Shown one piece after another: positions 24,563 through 36,050 of a DNA stretch of 52,591 nucleotides (its first letter is position 1; every line of letters starts with the position of its first letter). Position numbers and translations under genes: made by a program. The notes beneath the pieces were generated by a model. That model was not told the DNA's origin. It did no database searches and worked only from the letters and a program-made list of their open reading frames with translations. This stretch comes from Chiloscyllium plagiosum (lineage: Eukaryota): contig NC_057718.1 in the NCBI RefSeq assembly GCF_004010195.1, positions 74,992,289-75,044,879 of the forward strand, read 5' to 3'.

Positions 24563-24707
24563 GTCCTCTTCCAGTTTTCTGAAACACTATACACCCCAAA
24601 TAAGCATTATCACTGCAGTAACTGGCACAGAGAAGATCAGCTATCAGCTGAATCTGATGCAATTGGATTATCCCGCATTTGATTTTACTTTCTAATGTCC
24701 TCAGAAA

Positions 24708-24801
24708 GGCCTTTTATGGTGCAGTGGTAGTATTCCTACCTCTGAGCCAGAATGTCAAGAATTGCGTCGTAACCTGTCTGAATAGCTTAATTAGAAATAT
24801 C
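24708..24801 (+). mobile_element. Short tRNA-derived SINE (internally deleted)
   Basis: atggtgcagtggtagtattcctacctctgagccagaa..acctgtctgaatagcttaattagaaatatc. Confidence 0.6.
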
Positions 24802-25019
24802 GTTGATGACCTCAGGTTGGCAGTACTTCAATGTGAGGTCAGTTTATTTGCTCATATCAGTTATGACACATTAGGTGGGAGACTCCTAAAAATAAATGGA
24901 TGTCAGCAGAACTTAAAAAAAGCCACAGGTCATCTTTAAAGCTGTCTTATTCCTGGAGTAAAATTGAAATGGATTGCAGCTAGCATCTATGGCGGAATAT
25001 AATATTATTTGAGGAATCA

Positions 25020-25205
25020 ATATTTTCCACGAGACTGGAGTAAACATTTACTGCTTTGGAAGTGGTGCCATCAATCTATCACATCCACTTGCAAGATCAC
25101 ACTCCCTCAGTGTTCCATTCAAATGTCAACCCAGAATTTATGCACAAGTCCCTAGAGTGAAACCAATCCTCACAGTCTTCTAACTCAAGTGTGCCATGGC
25201 AAAGC
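25020..25205 (-). mobile_element. Ancient DeuSINE-like (SacSINE1/AmnSINE-related) remnant
   Basis: cactccctcagtgttccattcaaatgtcaacccagaatttatgcacaagtccctagagtg resembles the antisense DeuSINE 5' region as I recall it. Confidence 0.55.
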
Positions 25206-26164
25206 CGCAGCTTATACTTCAGAATGGGTATCAATCATTAGACAATACACAGAGAGGTCTGAGAGAGATAACTCAGCACTTTTTATACTACATGAACTGT
25301 ACTATAAACAATCCAGTAAATACTGATGCTGATTGGGTGCAGTCAAGCAATCATGAGAAGATTATTGTAATGTTTCCGCTGTTGTGCATAAAATACCTCA
25401 AGCCATATTAAGAAATCTCAGACAAATACTGAAACAATTATTTAAACTTTATTGCATGTAGCAACCAAAATAAGATCTGACAAATAAGCATGTTAAGCCA
25501 CATAACTCAACTTAACTGTAATGTGATTAATGGTAGAATTTAGCTATGTTTCTGACCAACAGTGTCTATATCTGGATGTCCAAGGTTTGATCATTATGGA
25601 GTGTGGTTCTCCGGAATTCTGCTCTCAAGGAATGCTGGAGTCAAATTCTTATATAATTTTCTATCTTTCAAGTTTGTGGTGTGGCATTATTGATCCCTCG
25701 GAAACCATCAAGTCTGCAGTTCTTATTAGAGGTAGCTTCCCTGTTCGTTTTTACATTTGGCATTGAGTGTCTGTTCGAAGGTACAATTTTCCTGCAGTTA
25801 ACTCCTTCAATTCTTCAGCAGGGCATTCGGTTGTCCTTGAGCTTAAGGCAGCCATTTATCAAGCAATTGTTAAAACAGCTCTGTTCAGGTAGCTTCAACT
25901 CCTTTGTCTCCCAGATATGGCTAATTGCCTGTGTAACAGTTTGTCCTTGTGCCTTAACAGTTTATTTCTCTCAGAGTGTGAGAGCTGCTTCTGTCAGTCT
26001 ATGAACGGTTATTAAGGTTCTGAAGTTTCCACTGTCATACCTCTGAGGGGAAAATAATGGAGGAATGAGAAAATACAAGTAGCAGCAAGTGTTTTACAGG
26101 GAACAGATACATTTATTATTCCAACAGCAGTTTGTTTTTGCATGACTTCTCCACACGCTTGCAA

Positions 26165-26255
26165 TATTATTAGATGGGCTTTAACACAGAACTCTGGTGC
26201 AGCTGAGTTTCAAACCCAGGCCTCCTAGCTCACGATGGTACCATTGCACCACAAA
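26165..26255 (-). mobile_element. Short tRNA-derived SINE
   Basis: Reverse complement gtggtgcaatggtacc..gagctaggaggcctgggtttgaaactc. Confidence 0.5.
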
Positions 26256-26517
26256 CACCATTCCTCCAACATTTCTGCCACCTACAATCAGATCCCACCA
26301 CCTAAAAGATATTTCCCTCCCCACCTTTGCCTGCGTTCCCCTGGGACCGTTCACTCCGCGACTCTCTCGTCAACTCTACATTCCCCACCTACTTCTCCAC
26401 CAACCAGATCCCTTTACCTGCAACAGCAAGAGTTGCAACAACTGCCCCCACACCTTCCCCCTCACCTCCATCCAAGGCCCTAAATAATCCTTCCCGATCC
26501 AATAGAGATTCACCTGC
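26250..26517 (+). mobile_element. Penelope-like element fragment (linker before GIY-YIG)
   Basis: Similar to 29185-29447; encodes RSLRDSLVNS and CNSKSCNNCPH. Confidence 0.85.
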
Positions 26518-27247
26518 AGTCGAGAGTGTGGTGCTGGAAAAGCACAGCTGGTCAGGCAGCATCTGAGGAGCAGGAGAATTGATGTTTTGGGCTTAAGTCC
26601 TTCATCATGAATGAGGCTTGTGGGCCAAGATGGCAGAGAGATAAATGGGAGGGGGTGGGGCTGGGGGGAAGGTATCTAAGAGTACGATAGGTTGGTGAAG
26701 GTGAAGCCAAAGTTGATAGGTCGGAGAGGAGGGTAGAGCGGATAGGTGGGAAGGAAGATGGACAGGTCAAGAGGGCGATGTCAAGTTGGAAGGTTGGATC
26801 TGGGATAAGATGGCGGGTGGGGAAATGGGGAAACTGGTGAAATCCACATTGATCCCATTTGGTTGCAAAGTCCCAAGGCGGAAGATGAGGCGTGGTAAGG
26901 GCTTGGCGATGGAGGAGGCCCAGGACCTGCATGTCCTTGGTGGAGTTGGGGGAGGAGTTAAAGTGTTTGTGTACATGGTGGTAGGATTTCTTCGTGTGTG
27001 TGTCCCAAAGATGTTCTCTGAAGCTTTCCGCATGTAGGTGTCCTGTCTCCCCAGTGTAGAGAAGACCACATCGGATGCAACTGATACAGTAAATGAGGTG
27101 TGTGTAAGTACAAGTAAATCTTTGATGGAAGTGGAAGGCTCCTTCAGGGCCTTGGACAGAGGTGAGGGTGGAGGTGTGGGCGCAGGTTTTGTAATTCTTG
27201 CGGTGGCAAGGGAAAGTGCCGGAAAGGGAGGGTGGGTTGGTGGGGGC
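26518..27247 (-). mobile_element. Penelope-like element 3' part (GIY-YIG and pLTR)
   Basis: IYCISCIRCGLLYTGETG..FREHL, LIFRLGTLQPNGINVDF, and a pLTR with a decayed hammerhead core. Confidence 0.9.
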
Positions 27248-27249
27248 GC

Positions 27250-30082
27250 CCCTAGAGGTTCATCTGCAGCTCATCTAAACTCTCCCATAATTACCTCTAG
27301 ACACACATTTCTTCAACCATTCATCCCTGACCTCATCTCTGACCTTCTGTGGGATTGCCCCAGGCCATTGACTATATGGGTGGTCCTGCCACCCCCATGG
27401 ATCAAGTGGCTTCTGCTCATGTTGAGGACTATGTGACCGCTGCTGTTGCTTGTGTTAAGGACCATATGACTGCTGACATCATCAATGACCAGGTCACCTC
27501 CACTTCCACCCGGATAACCACTCCAGCGCACACACCCACTCCCAATGAAGTCCCCATCTCCACACTTGACCCCAGGTCTGTACACTCAGCCCCAGCTCTG
27601 CCAGGTATTAATCACCCTCCCTGGACCTCCCCGTTACTGAGGTTGAAGAGCCAATCCCCAGCAAAGAGCTCACCTTCATTGCCGTAAGTCCACACATGAA
27701 CGAATTCTGCACACATCATGATGTTGAGCTCTTTTTCCTTGTCTATGCACCTATTTCTTTGAATGGGAGTCCAACCCACCCTTTAACGATCCTTCCTCCT
27801 CCCTCTGGCAAACCCCATCCTCATGGACACCCCCTCCCAGCGTCCTACTCACCCTCAATTCCTTCATGTCAGCAGCCGTTGCAACATCAATGGATCTCTC
27901 CACCCTCACCTACTCTAACCTCTCTTTATCAGAGTATGCAACCCCCCACTCCCTTCTCTTCAATCCTAACCTCGCTATTAAACCCACCAATAAGGGGGGG
28001 TGATGATAAGGGAAGTGATCTCTACATCGCTGCGTTCAGACGCCAACTCTCTGATACCACCTTGTACCGTCTCTTGATTATGACCCCATCTCTGATCAAC
28101 AAGCCAACATTTCCCAGACCATCAACAACTTCATCACTTCAAGAGATTTCCAGTCTACAGCCCCCCAACCTGATAGTTTCCCAACCCCACACTGCTCATT
28201 TTTGTCTCCTACCCAACGTCCATAAACCTAACTGCCCTGGTCAACAAATTGTCTCTGCCTGCTCCTGCCCAACTGAGCTCATCTCCTCTTACCTTGACTC
28301 CATTCTTTCCCCTTTCATTCAGGAACTCCCAACCTACATTTGAGACACAACCCATGCCCTCCATCTCTTCCAAAACGTTCAATTCCCCAGCCCCCGACAT
28401 CTCATCTTCACTATGGATGTACAGGCCCTTTAAGCCTGCATCCCCCACACAGAGGGCCTAAAAACTCTCTGCTTCTTTCTCTCCTGTAGGCCCAACCACG
28501 TCTCTTCCACTGACACACTCATTCGCGTGGCAGAACTGGTCTTCACCTTCAACAATTTATCATTTGATTCGTCCTACTTCCTACAAACCAAAGAGGTAGC
28601 CATTGGCACCCACGTGGGCCCAAGCTATGCCTGCCTCTTTGTAGGATTCATGGGACAGTCCTTTTTCCACAACTACACCGGCAATATTCCCACCTCTTCC
28701 TCTGCTGTATCGATGACTGCATCAGTGCTGTCTTATGCTCCACGAGGAGCTTGAGCAGTTCATCAGCTTTGTCAACTCCTCCCACCCCATCCTCAAATTC
28801 CCAGGACCATTTTTGACACTTCCCTCTCCTTCCTGGACCTCTCTGTCCCCGGAAACTGGCTCACCAGTGATATCCATTTCAAACCCACTGACTCCCACAA
28901 TTATCTTGAGTACACTTCCTCTTACTCACCTTTCTGCAAAAAGTACTATCCAATACTCCCAATTCCTCTGCCTCTGCCGTATCTGCTCCTAGGATTAGGC
29001 GTTTCACTTCAGGACATCCTCAGTAATCTCCTACTGTAGGGATCATAATTTCTCCTCCACAGTAATTAAGGATGCCCTCAAATGCATCTGCCACACATCT
29101 GCCCTCAAACCTCCCTCTCCCCAGCAACAATAGGGATAGTGTCCCCTGAGTCCACACATACCACTACACCAATCGCCGAATCCAACACATCATCCTCTGA
29201 CATTTCTGCCACCTACAATCAGACTCTACCACCAAAAAGATATTTCCTTCCGCATCTCTGTCTGGTTTCTGCAGGGACCATTCACTCCAAGACTCCCTTG
29301 TCAACTCTACACTCCCCACCAACTTCTCCACCAACCCGATATCTTTCCATGCAACCACAAGAGGTGCAACAACTTTCCACACATCACGCCCTCACTTTTG
29401 TTCTCAGTCCCAAACAATCCTTCCAGATTTGAAAGAGATTCACCTGAACTTCATTCAACCTCCTCTATTACATCCATTGCTCCTGATGTGGTCAACTCGC
29501 TACCGGGGAGACCAAACACAGACACTGGGATCAGTTCACGGAACATCTGCACACATCAACCAACCCAACCTTCTAATTACCATCCATTTTAATGACCACT
29601 CCCAGTTTCCTGGCGATTTATCCATCCTTGACCTCCTTTACTGTCAGAATGAGATCAAACACAAACTGGAGGAACAACACCTTATATTTAGTCTGGGAAG
29701 CTTACAGCCCCATGGCCTCAATATCAACTCTACCAGCTTCAAAGTCTTTCTTCCCCCAGACTTATTCTATGTCTAGCAGTAACTCTTCTCCTCGCCTCCC
29801 TGACCTGAGCTGTCCATCAGTCTACTCACCTATCTGCTCCACCCTTCCCACTGGCCAATCACAATAATACCCTACCTGCATCCACCTATCATCATCTCTC
29901 CTACTTTTTCTCCAACCCCACCCCCTCTCTCCAAATATATCTGGGCTCCCCAGCTCTAACGAAGGGTTTCAACTTGAAATGTTAACTCTCCTGCTCCTCA
30001 GATGCTGTCTGACTTGCTTTACTTTTCCAGCTCCACATCTGCTCAGTCTGGCTTCCAACATCGGCAGTCCTTACTGTCTCCA
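27250..30082 (+). mobile_element. Long degraded Penelope-like element (RT, GIY-YIG, pLTR)
   Basis: LLPNVHKPNCPG..IVSACSCPTE, IFTMDVQAL, AIGTHVGPSYACLFVG, IDDC, KLEEQHLIFSLGSLQPHGLNI; pLTR at ~29950-30082. Confidence 0.93.
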
Positions 30083-30202
30083 ACTCATAGTTACACTTGC
30101 TATTTTAAGTGTACATGTTCACTTATATATGACACATATCAGGAGGAGGTAGGACTTGAATCTCGGCTTCACAGCTTGGAGATAGGGACATTATCATTGT
30201 AG

Positions 30203-30406
30203 GAGAAAGTGAGGAATGCAGATGCTGGAGACCAGAGTTGAGAGGTGTGGTGCTAGAAAAACACAGCAGGCCAGGCAGCATCTGAGGAGCAGGAGAATCA
30301 ACGTTTCGGGCATAAGCCTGAAGAAGGGCTTATGCCCGAAACGTCGATTCTCCTGCTCCTCGGATGCAGCCTGGCCTGCTGTGTTTTTCCAGCACCACAC
30401 TTCTCA
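30203..30406. mobile_element. Hairpin PLE-pLTR mini-element with ~15-bp TSD, inserted in a short tRNA-derived SINE
   Basis: ~82-bp inverted arms at 30237-30318 / 30327-30408. Flanks ACATTATCATTGTAG (30188-30202) and ACATTATTATTGTAG (30407-30421). Confidence 0.9.
30318..30345 (+). ncRNA. Minimal type I hammerhead ribozyme core motif (PLE-type)
   Basis: CTGAAGA-A-GGGC-TTAT-GCCC-GAAA-CGTC: conserved core, 4-bp stem II, palindromic ACGT in place of stem III. Confidence 0.65.
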
Positions 30407-30451
30407 ACATTATTATTGTAGCAAAAGTGCAATTAGTATTCATCCTGAATA

Positions 30452-30557
30452 TTTTTAAATCTATCTGTTCAGTTGTGTTGTGAAATGCTTTTGGAATAAG
30501 TGGAAATTGGACCTCCTAGGTCAAAGGTAGAGACATTACCATTGCACAAGAACCCTT
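30452..30557 (-). mobile_element. Short tRNA-derived SINE
   Basis: ggtcaaaggtagagacattaccattgcacaagaaccc plus the family 3' part aatctatctgttcag. Confidence 0.55.
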
Positions 30558-31241
30558 CACAATTTCTCCATAATGTACTATATCATTATCAATAGTGACC
30601 TCATCCCAATCAGACTCATATTGCATTTCATTACCTGCCATAGATCTTAATCTTATCACATTCACTCACGTATTTACTTTAAAGTATTTATCACATCGAA
30701 TTTCACAAAGTATTGTTTGTTTAGATTTTTACATGCAAATATTTACTCATGATGACATATCAGGTCCCTGAAGTACTTATAGCCCTATTAAACTTCTAAT
30801 TCACACATACTCTTTTTTCAAACGAAGACTGTAATAGTTAAACTGGACTTGGATTCAATGACCATCTGGTAGAGTTATGTGTGAACCAATGAAATGTCAT
30901 ACCAGTCCAGAGTCAGGGAAACTTCAAACAGCAAGTCTAAAGAAAGAAAAGAGATTGGGAATATCTAACCCAATCATCAAGAAACCATTTATGTCACACA
31001 TGTGTTTTATCCTTTTCAAAGTTGCACAAAATAAGAGAGTAAAACAGTGAATGTGACACTGGCCTGTGTGTATTTGTGCCCTGACGCTAGTGTTTAGACT
31101 AGTGTGCTGTGAAGGTCCCTGTTTGAGAGCAACAATTAAAATTCCTGCACTGCAGGGAAAGAGAAATAAAAATACACTCTCCCAGAAAACTACCATCTAA
31201 AGGAATCAGAAAAAAATAATTTCAATCAACCTACAAAGAAT

Positions 31242-31524
31242 TTAGATTAGATTCCCTACAGTGTGGAAACAGGCCCTTTGGCCCAACAAGTCCATACCAA
31301 CCCTCCAAAGAGTAACTTACTCAGACCCATTTCCCTATGACTAATGCACCTACCACTATGGGCAATTTAGAATGGCCAATTCACCTGACCTGCACATCTT
31401 TGGACCGTGGGAGGAAACCCACGCAGACACAGTGAGACACAGGGCAACTCCACACTGACAGTCACCCAAGGCTGGAATTGAACCTGGGACCCTGGGGCTG
31501 TGAGGCAGCAGTGCTAACCACTGA
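31242..31524 (-). mobile_element. HE1 SINE, slightly 5'-truncated
   Basis: HE1 tail, V-domain and partial head. Confidence 0.93.
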
Positions 31525-31559
31525 ATCTCAATATTGATTGCTCAATCACTAATGATAAT

Positions 31560-31690
31560 GGTAAGTGGAGTAAGTGGAGCTGAGTCCACGAAAAAGATCA
31601 GCCATGATCTTCTTGAATGGCAGAGCACGCTCGCGGGGCAAGATGGCCTATTCCTGCTCGTACTTCTTATGTTCTCATGCTCTTATGTTA
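31560..31690 (+). mobile_element. CR1 3'UTR fragment
   Basis: gatcagccatgatcttcttgaatggcagagc..ggcctattcctgctc with a (TTCTTATG)-like tail. Confidence 0.85.
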
Positions 31691-31779
31691 CTGGTACCAC
31701 ATAATGTAGTCGCCACAACATTAGTGTAATTTGCTCTTCTCAAATAACTCAAAGCCTGATCAGATCTCTCTTAACTTTT

Positions 31780-32067
31780 GTCTTTTTCTGACTAACATCT
31801 TCTTTCTTCACGCATTTATTAATTAATAAACTAACTTTTGTTAACTGAAAGCCTGGTCAAAATTGTTCAAATTGAAATCTAAATTAATTTGGTTAGGGAA
31901 AAAGGTATCCACAATGGCAAGGATTCTTTTCAATTAACTTTGCAGTGATCAACATTTGTGATGTAAATAAAAAAGGGAAGCCAGTTCATCTAGGGTATCC
32001 TAGCTGAGGAATCTTTCCTCGGACTGATCATAACAAGTTGGAGACTTATGTCCATGATTTGAACCCG
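31780..32067 (+). mobile_element. LTR 3' portion followed by a tRNA-Pro-type primer binding site
   Basis: AATAAA..TCATAACA, then tggagacttatgtccatgatttgaacccg (32039-32067), similar to TGGGGGCTCGTCCGGGATTTGAACCCG (complement of the tRNA-Pro 3' end). Resembles 39300-39510. Confidence 0.55.
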
Positions 32068-32195
32068 TAGATGAAATGAATAAATTAAAGTGAGTAAATT
32101 GTGTTTTTGAAATAGTGTTTTCTAAAAAAAACTTCAAAAGGCTTTTTTTGTTGCAGTGCAGAAATGTCCACATTCAGTGTCCATTCTTAACAGAA

Positions 32196-32499
32196 TTAGA
32201 TTAGATTACAGTGTGGAAACAGGCCCTTCGGCCCAACAAGTCCACACCGACCCGCTGAAGTGCAACCCACCCATACATTTACCCCTTACCTAACACTACG
32301 GGCAATTTAGCATGGCCAATTCACCTGACCTGCACATCTTTGGACTGTGGGAGGAAACCGGAGCACCCGGAGGAAACCCACGCAGACACGGGGAGAACGT
32401 GCAAACTCCACACAGTTAGTCGCCTGAGGCGGGAATTGAACCCGGATCTCTGGCACTGTGAGGCAGTACTGCTAACCACTGTGCCACCGTGCCGCCCAC
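32196..32499 (-). mobile_element. Young HE1 SINE
   Basis: Full-length, CpG-rich HE1. Confidence 0.96.
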
Positions 32500-32526
32500 A
32501 AATTATTTGAAGTTAGTTTCGAGAGT

Positions 32527-32798
32527 TTAGATTACGTACAGTGTGAAAACAGGCCCTTCGGCCCAACAAGTCCACACCGACCCGCAACCCATACTCCTAC
32601 GTTTACCCCTTTACCTAACACTACGGGCAATTAAGCATGGCCAATTCACCTGACCTGCACATCTTTGGATTGTGGGAGGAAACCGGAGACACGGGGAGAA
32701 TGTGCAAACTCCACACAGTCGCCTGAGTCGGGAATTGAACCCGGGTCTCTGGTGCTGTGAGGCAGCAGTGCTAACCACTGTGCCACCGTGCTGCCCAC
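32527..32798 (-). mobile_element. HE1 SINE (tandem neighbour with small deletions)
   Basis: HE1 head, V-domain and tail. Confidence 0.95.
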
Positions 32799-33379
32799 GT
32801 TTTCACGTACAGTTAAAAAAAAATAGTGAGATGCTTTAGTTCAATTTTTGTCTGAAAGCCAGCATACCTGAAATTTAATAGCTTACAAGTGAAAACGGAG
32901 GATGGCAAGGGTGGACAGATTAAAATTGTGACTAAAGGACAATAGGATTTGAAGAAAAGGACAAAGAGAGGATAGGGGGAGAGAGAGGAGGAAAGAGGAA
33001 TGCAGGGAGGGAGAGGTAAAGGGGAAAGGGATGAAAGGTAGAGGGAGAGGAAACTGAGGTGTCAGAAAGAGACGTCTATGACGAGACGAGCTCAGCCAAT
33101 GGAGGCTGAGATGGCATTGTGAACAGAAGACCCTCTGGCCTGTTTTTCTAGAACCTTTATGGAATACCAGAAGACCCAAGAAGGTAGTACGTTCATATAA
33201 ATAAAACAAAGAACAATGGGGACTGGAGACCTGAAATAACCAGAGATGGGAAGGAGTGAACGGTGATGAAGGAGTCCATACACAGAGAAAGAGTAAGAGA
33301 GAAACTTGGCAGACAAAGGGGTTGTAGATAATAAGCCAGGGAAGGCGCGAAGTTGGTTAAGTGATAATGGGGGCTATGG

Positions 33380-35450
33380 GTATTTGAAGATGAGGCTGAC
33401 TGTGCTGAAGGCAACCATTTGATGAAAGGACCTGGAGTGCAAGGGTGGATAATGTACATGGAAGGAAGTTTTGATTGATCTAAAGTTGTTAAACTCGATA
33501 TTGAGCCCTGAAGGCTGTAATGCCTCCAAATGGAAGATGAAGCATCGTTCTTCCAACTTGTGTTAAGCCTTTCTAAAGTAGACCCATTTCAAATGTTGGC
33601 ATTGGAACATGGTGGGATGTGGAAGTGGCAGGCAACTGGAAGTTCAGAGTAATTTTTGCAGGCAGAATGTAGGTGTTCTTAAAACAGTTGCTCAGTCTGT
33701 GTTTCCTCTTCGCAGTGGACAGGAGAACGATTTTGTGAGCAGCAAATAAGGTAGACTAAATTGAGTGAAGTGCAGGTAAATTGCTGCTTCTCCTGGAAGG
33801 TGGGTCTAGGGCCTTGGATTGTGAGGAAGGACGAAGTAAATGGGCAAGTGTTACATCTTCTGCAATTGCACGGGAAGGTGCCATGAGAGTATAGGGAGTG
33901 GAGGAAGAGTGAACCAGTGTATGCTAAAGGGAATGGACCCTGAGGAATGCTAACAATGGAGAGGAGGGGGAATACGTTTTTGCTGTTAGCAGCCTTCCAG
34001 AGGTGGCAAAAATGGCAGTTTATGATCCTTTGGAAGGGGAGGCTGATGGGGTGGAAAGTGAGAACCAGGGGGACTGAAGAAAGAGGTAGGAATTAAAGGA
34101 AAAATTGCTCAAAGTGAGGATAAGTTTGGCCAGACAATGAAGGTTGATGGTGGATGGGAAGGTTCAGACGTTCTTTCCAGGAGGAAACAGACAGCCCTCA
34201 ATCTATCCTGATGGAGAAATGCAGGTCCATGGTGAAGAAAAGGCAGCTCATGCTGGCAAACTGGAAACTTTGAAACCGACTGAAAGTGTCAGAAGAATTG
34301 CAGATGAAAGTGGGAAGGACTGGATATGAAGAGAGAAAATCAAGTCAAGGTCAGAAGCAATACATTCCATTGAGGCCAAAACAGGTGGAAACAATGGGCC
34401 TGCTGGGGCAGTCCCGTTTGTGGATTTTGGGGAGGAGGTAGAAGCGGGGCTGTATGGGGTTGGGGGAATACAAATTGGGAGGCTGATGAGGGGAGATTCC
34501 CAGATGAGATGAGGTTGGTAACAGTCATGGACACAATGGCCTGGTGCTCAATGGTGAGGATCATGGGCTAGATGAGATCGGAGAAGATTTCCCAGAGCTG
34601 GCACTCAGGGTCTGCAAAAAAGAGGTCAGTACACCAGACAACATCAGCAGAACCCTTGTCAGCAGTTTGATGACAAAGCCAGAACTAGATCTGAGAACAT
34701 AGAGTGCAATCAGTTTAGCGGGAGATAGATTTGCATTGGTGAGAGGAACAGAGAAATTAAGGCCACCGATGACACACTGATAGTTCTCAATGAAAAGATT
34801 AAGTGCAGATGAGAGTCCAGAAGGAGGGGTTCAGATGGAGGAATGGGGGTTGTTGATGGGTACAGAGGTGTGTGGGACAGTGAGAAAACTCTTGCCCAAA
34901 GAACCAAACATGGAGGTGAAGACAATGGAAGAGGAATTTGATGCTGTGCCATGTTAAAAATTTATTGAGTTGAGGGAGTAAAAGGGTAAAACTAAATCCT
35001 TTGCCGGGTGCAGACCATTTAGCACCAGACAGCAGAAGATCAGAAGGTAAGAGGTGGGCTTAGGAGAAGTGCTGGAGTCAGAGGGAAGGGGAAGAAGTTT
35101 CTGGAGTGGTGTGAGTTGTTGCAGCTTGCATTCCTTAATGCCTGAAAGAAAGAGCAAGGTTTCTCGTTTGAATGTCAAATGATCCAAAGCATTAAGTGGA
35201 ACTGACAGGCAGGATAATTCTGAGGTAGATGATGGAGACAGGGGTTGACAGTATTCATGATAGTGAGTACAGATCTCATGATGTGGTGAGAACAGCTGTC
35301 AAAGGAGCATTGTACACCATGGAGTTACTTGTGATCCGGGTTGGATTCAAAACACAAAGGAACAAATTTTAGTTGGAATCCATGTGGGATGACTTTGAGC
35401 CAGAGGCAATCACTGAGGAATGAAATGTGACAAATACATTGTTAAACACT
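33380..35450 (-). mobile_element. Old Penelope-like element, internally deleted
   Basis: EERCFIFHLEALQPSGLNIEFNNFR (GIY-YIG end), FYLLPKIHKRDCPSRPIVS (RT N-terminus, ~34380-34450), N-terminal region to ~35450. Confidence 0.8.
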
Positions 35451-36050
35451 AGGAGTGAGGTAATACACTCACTTTTTTGATAGCAACCCAACTAGCTGAA
35501 CCACTGTGACAAGCACCAGCTCAGATTGTTCACAATGAAGGTAAGGCTGAAGCAGTCCATTAACGTTATGATATTAAGAATGAGGTGCTGATGAAGAAAT
35601 GGAGACCACTTCACTGACCTGAAAGTGATCCACTGGGTAGTTGTGTTACCAAAGTGCCTTAGGAAATATTGTGGCTAGCTCATGAGATTCCATAGCCAAA
35701 TCCACATTAGTTAGCACTCAACTGATCACAACTCCTCAAAGATCTTAGTCAAGCTTTGCAAAACCTGCCACAGCTGCCAGTGTTGGAAAACTCCATCTTT
35801 CAGAAGGCTGTTCAATACAATATGGGGGTGTTATTGCAGGGATAAGTCAGGTTACATCACCCTAACACTATACTGTATCATGTTGTTGTGGGAGACACCC
35901 TTCCTATAAGACATTTCTCTATTGGCTAAGCCCAGTAAAGATTGGCCAGGTTCAGGAAGTGATGAATCACATGATGCAGCAGCAGCTGATACAGCCTCAT
36001 AGCTGTACCTGGAGTTCACCAGTTGCGCTCCTTAAGGGACCCTGTCTTCT

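Noticed and set aside
27696..28343. 215-aa novel protein
   Set aside because: It is a frameshifted mosaic of the Penelope ORF; only the C-terminal part is in the true RT frame.
32196..32798. HE1 dimer as a single composite element
   Set aside because: The copies are separated by ~27 nt of unrelated sequence and each has its own short flanking duplication (AATTA; GTTT), consistent with independent insertions.
32960..33070. Purine-rich tract as a special structure or gene
   Set aside because: It is low-complexity GA-rich sequence downstream of an old PLE; the overlapping ORFs are compositional artefacts.
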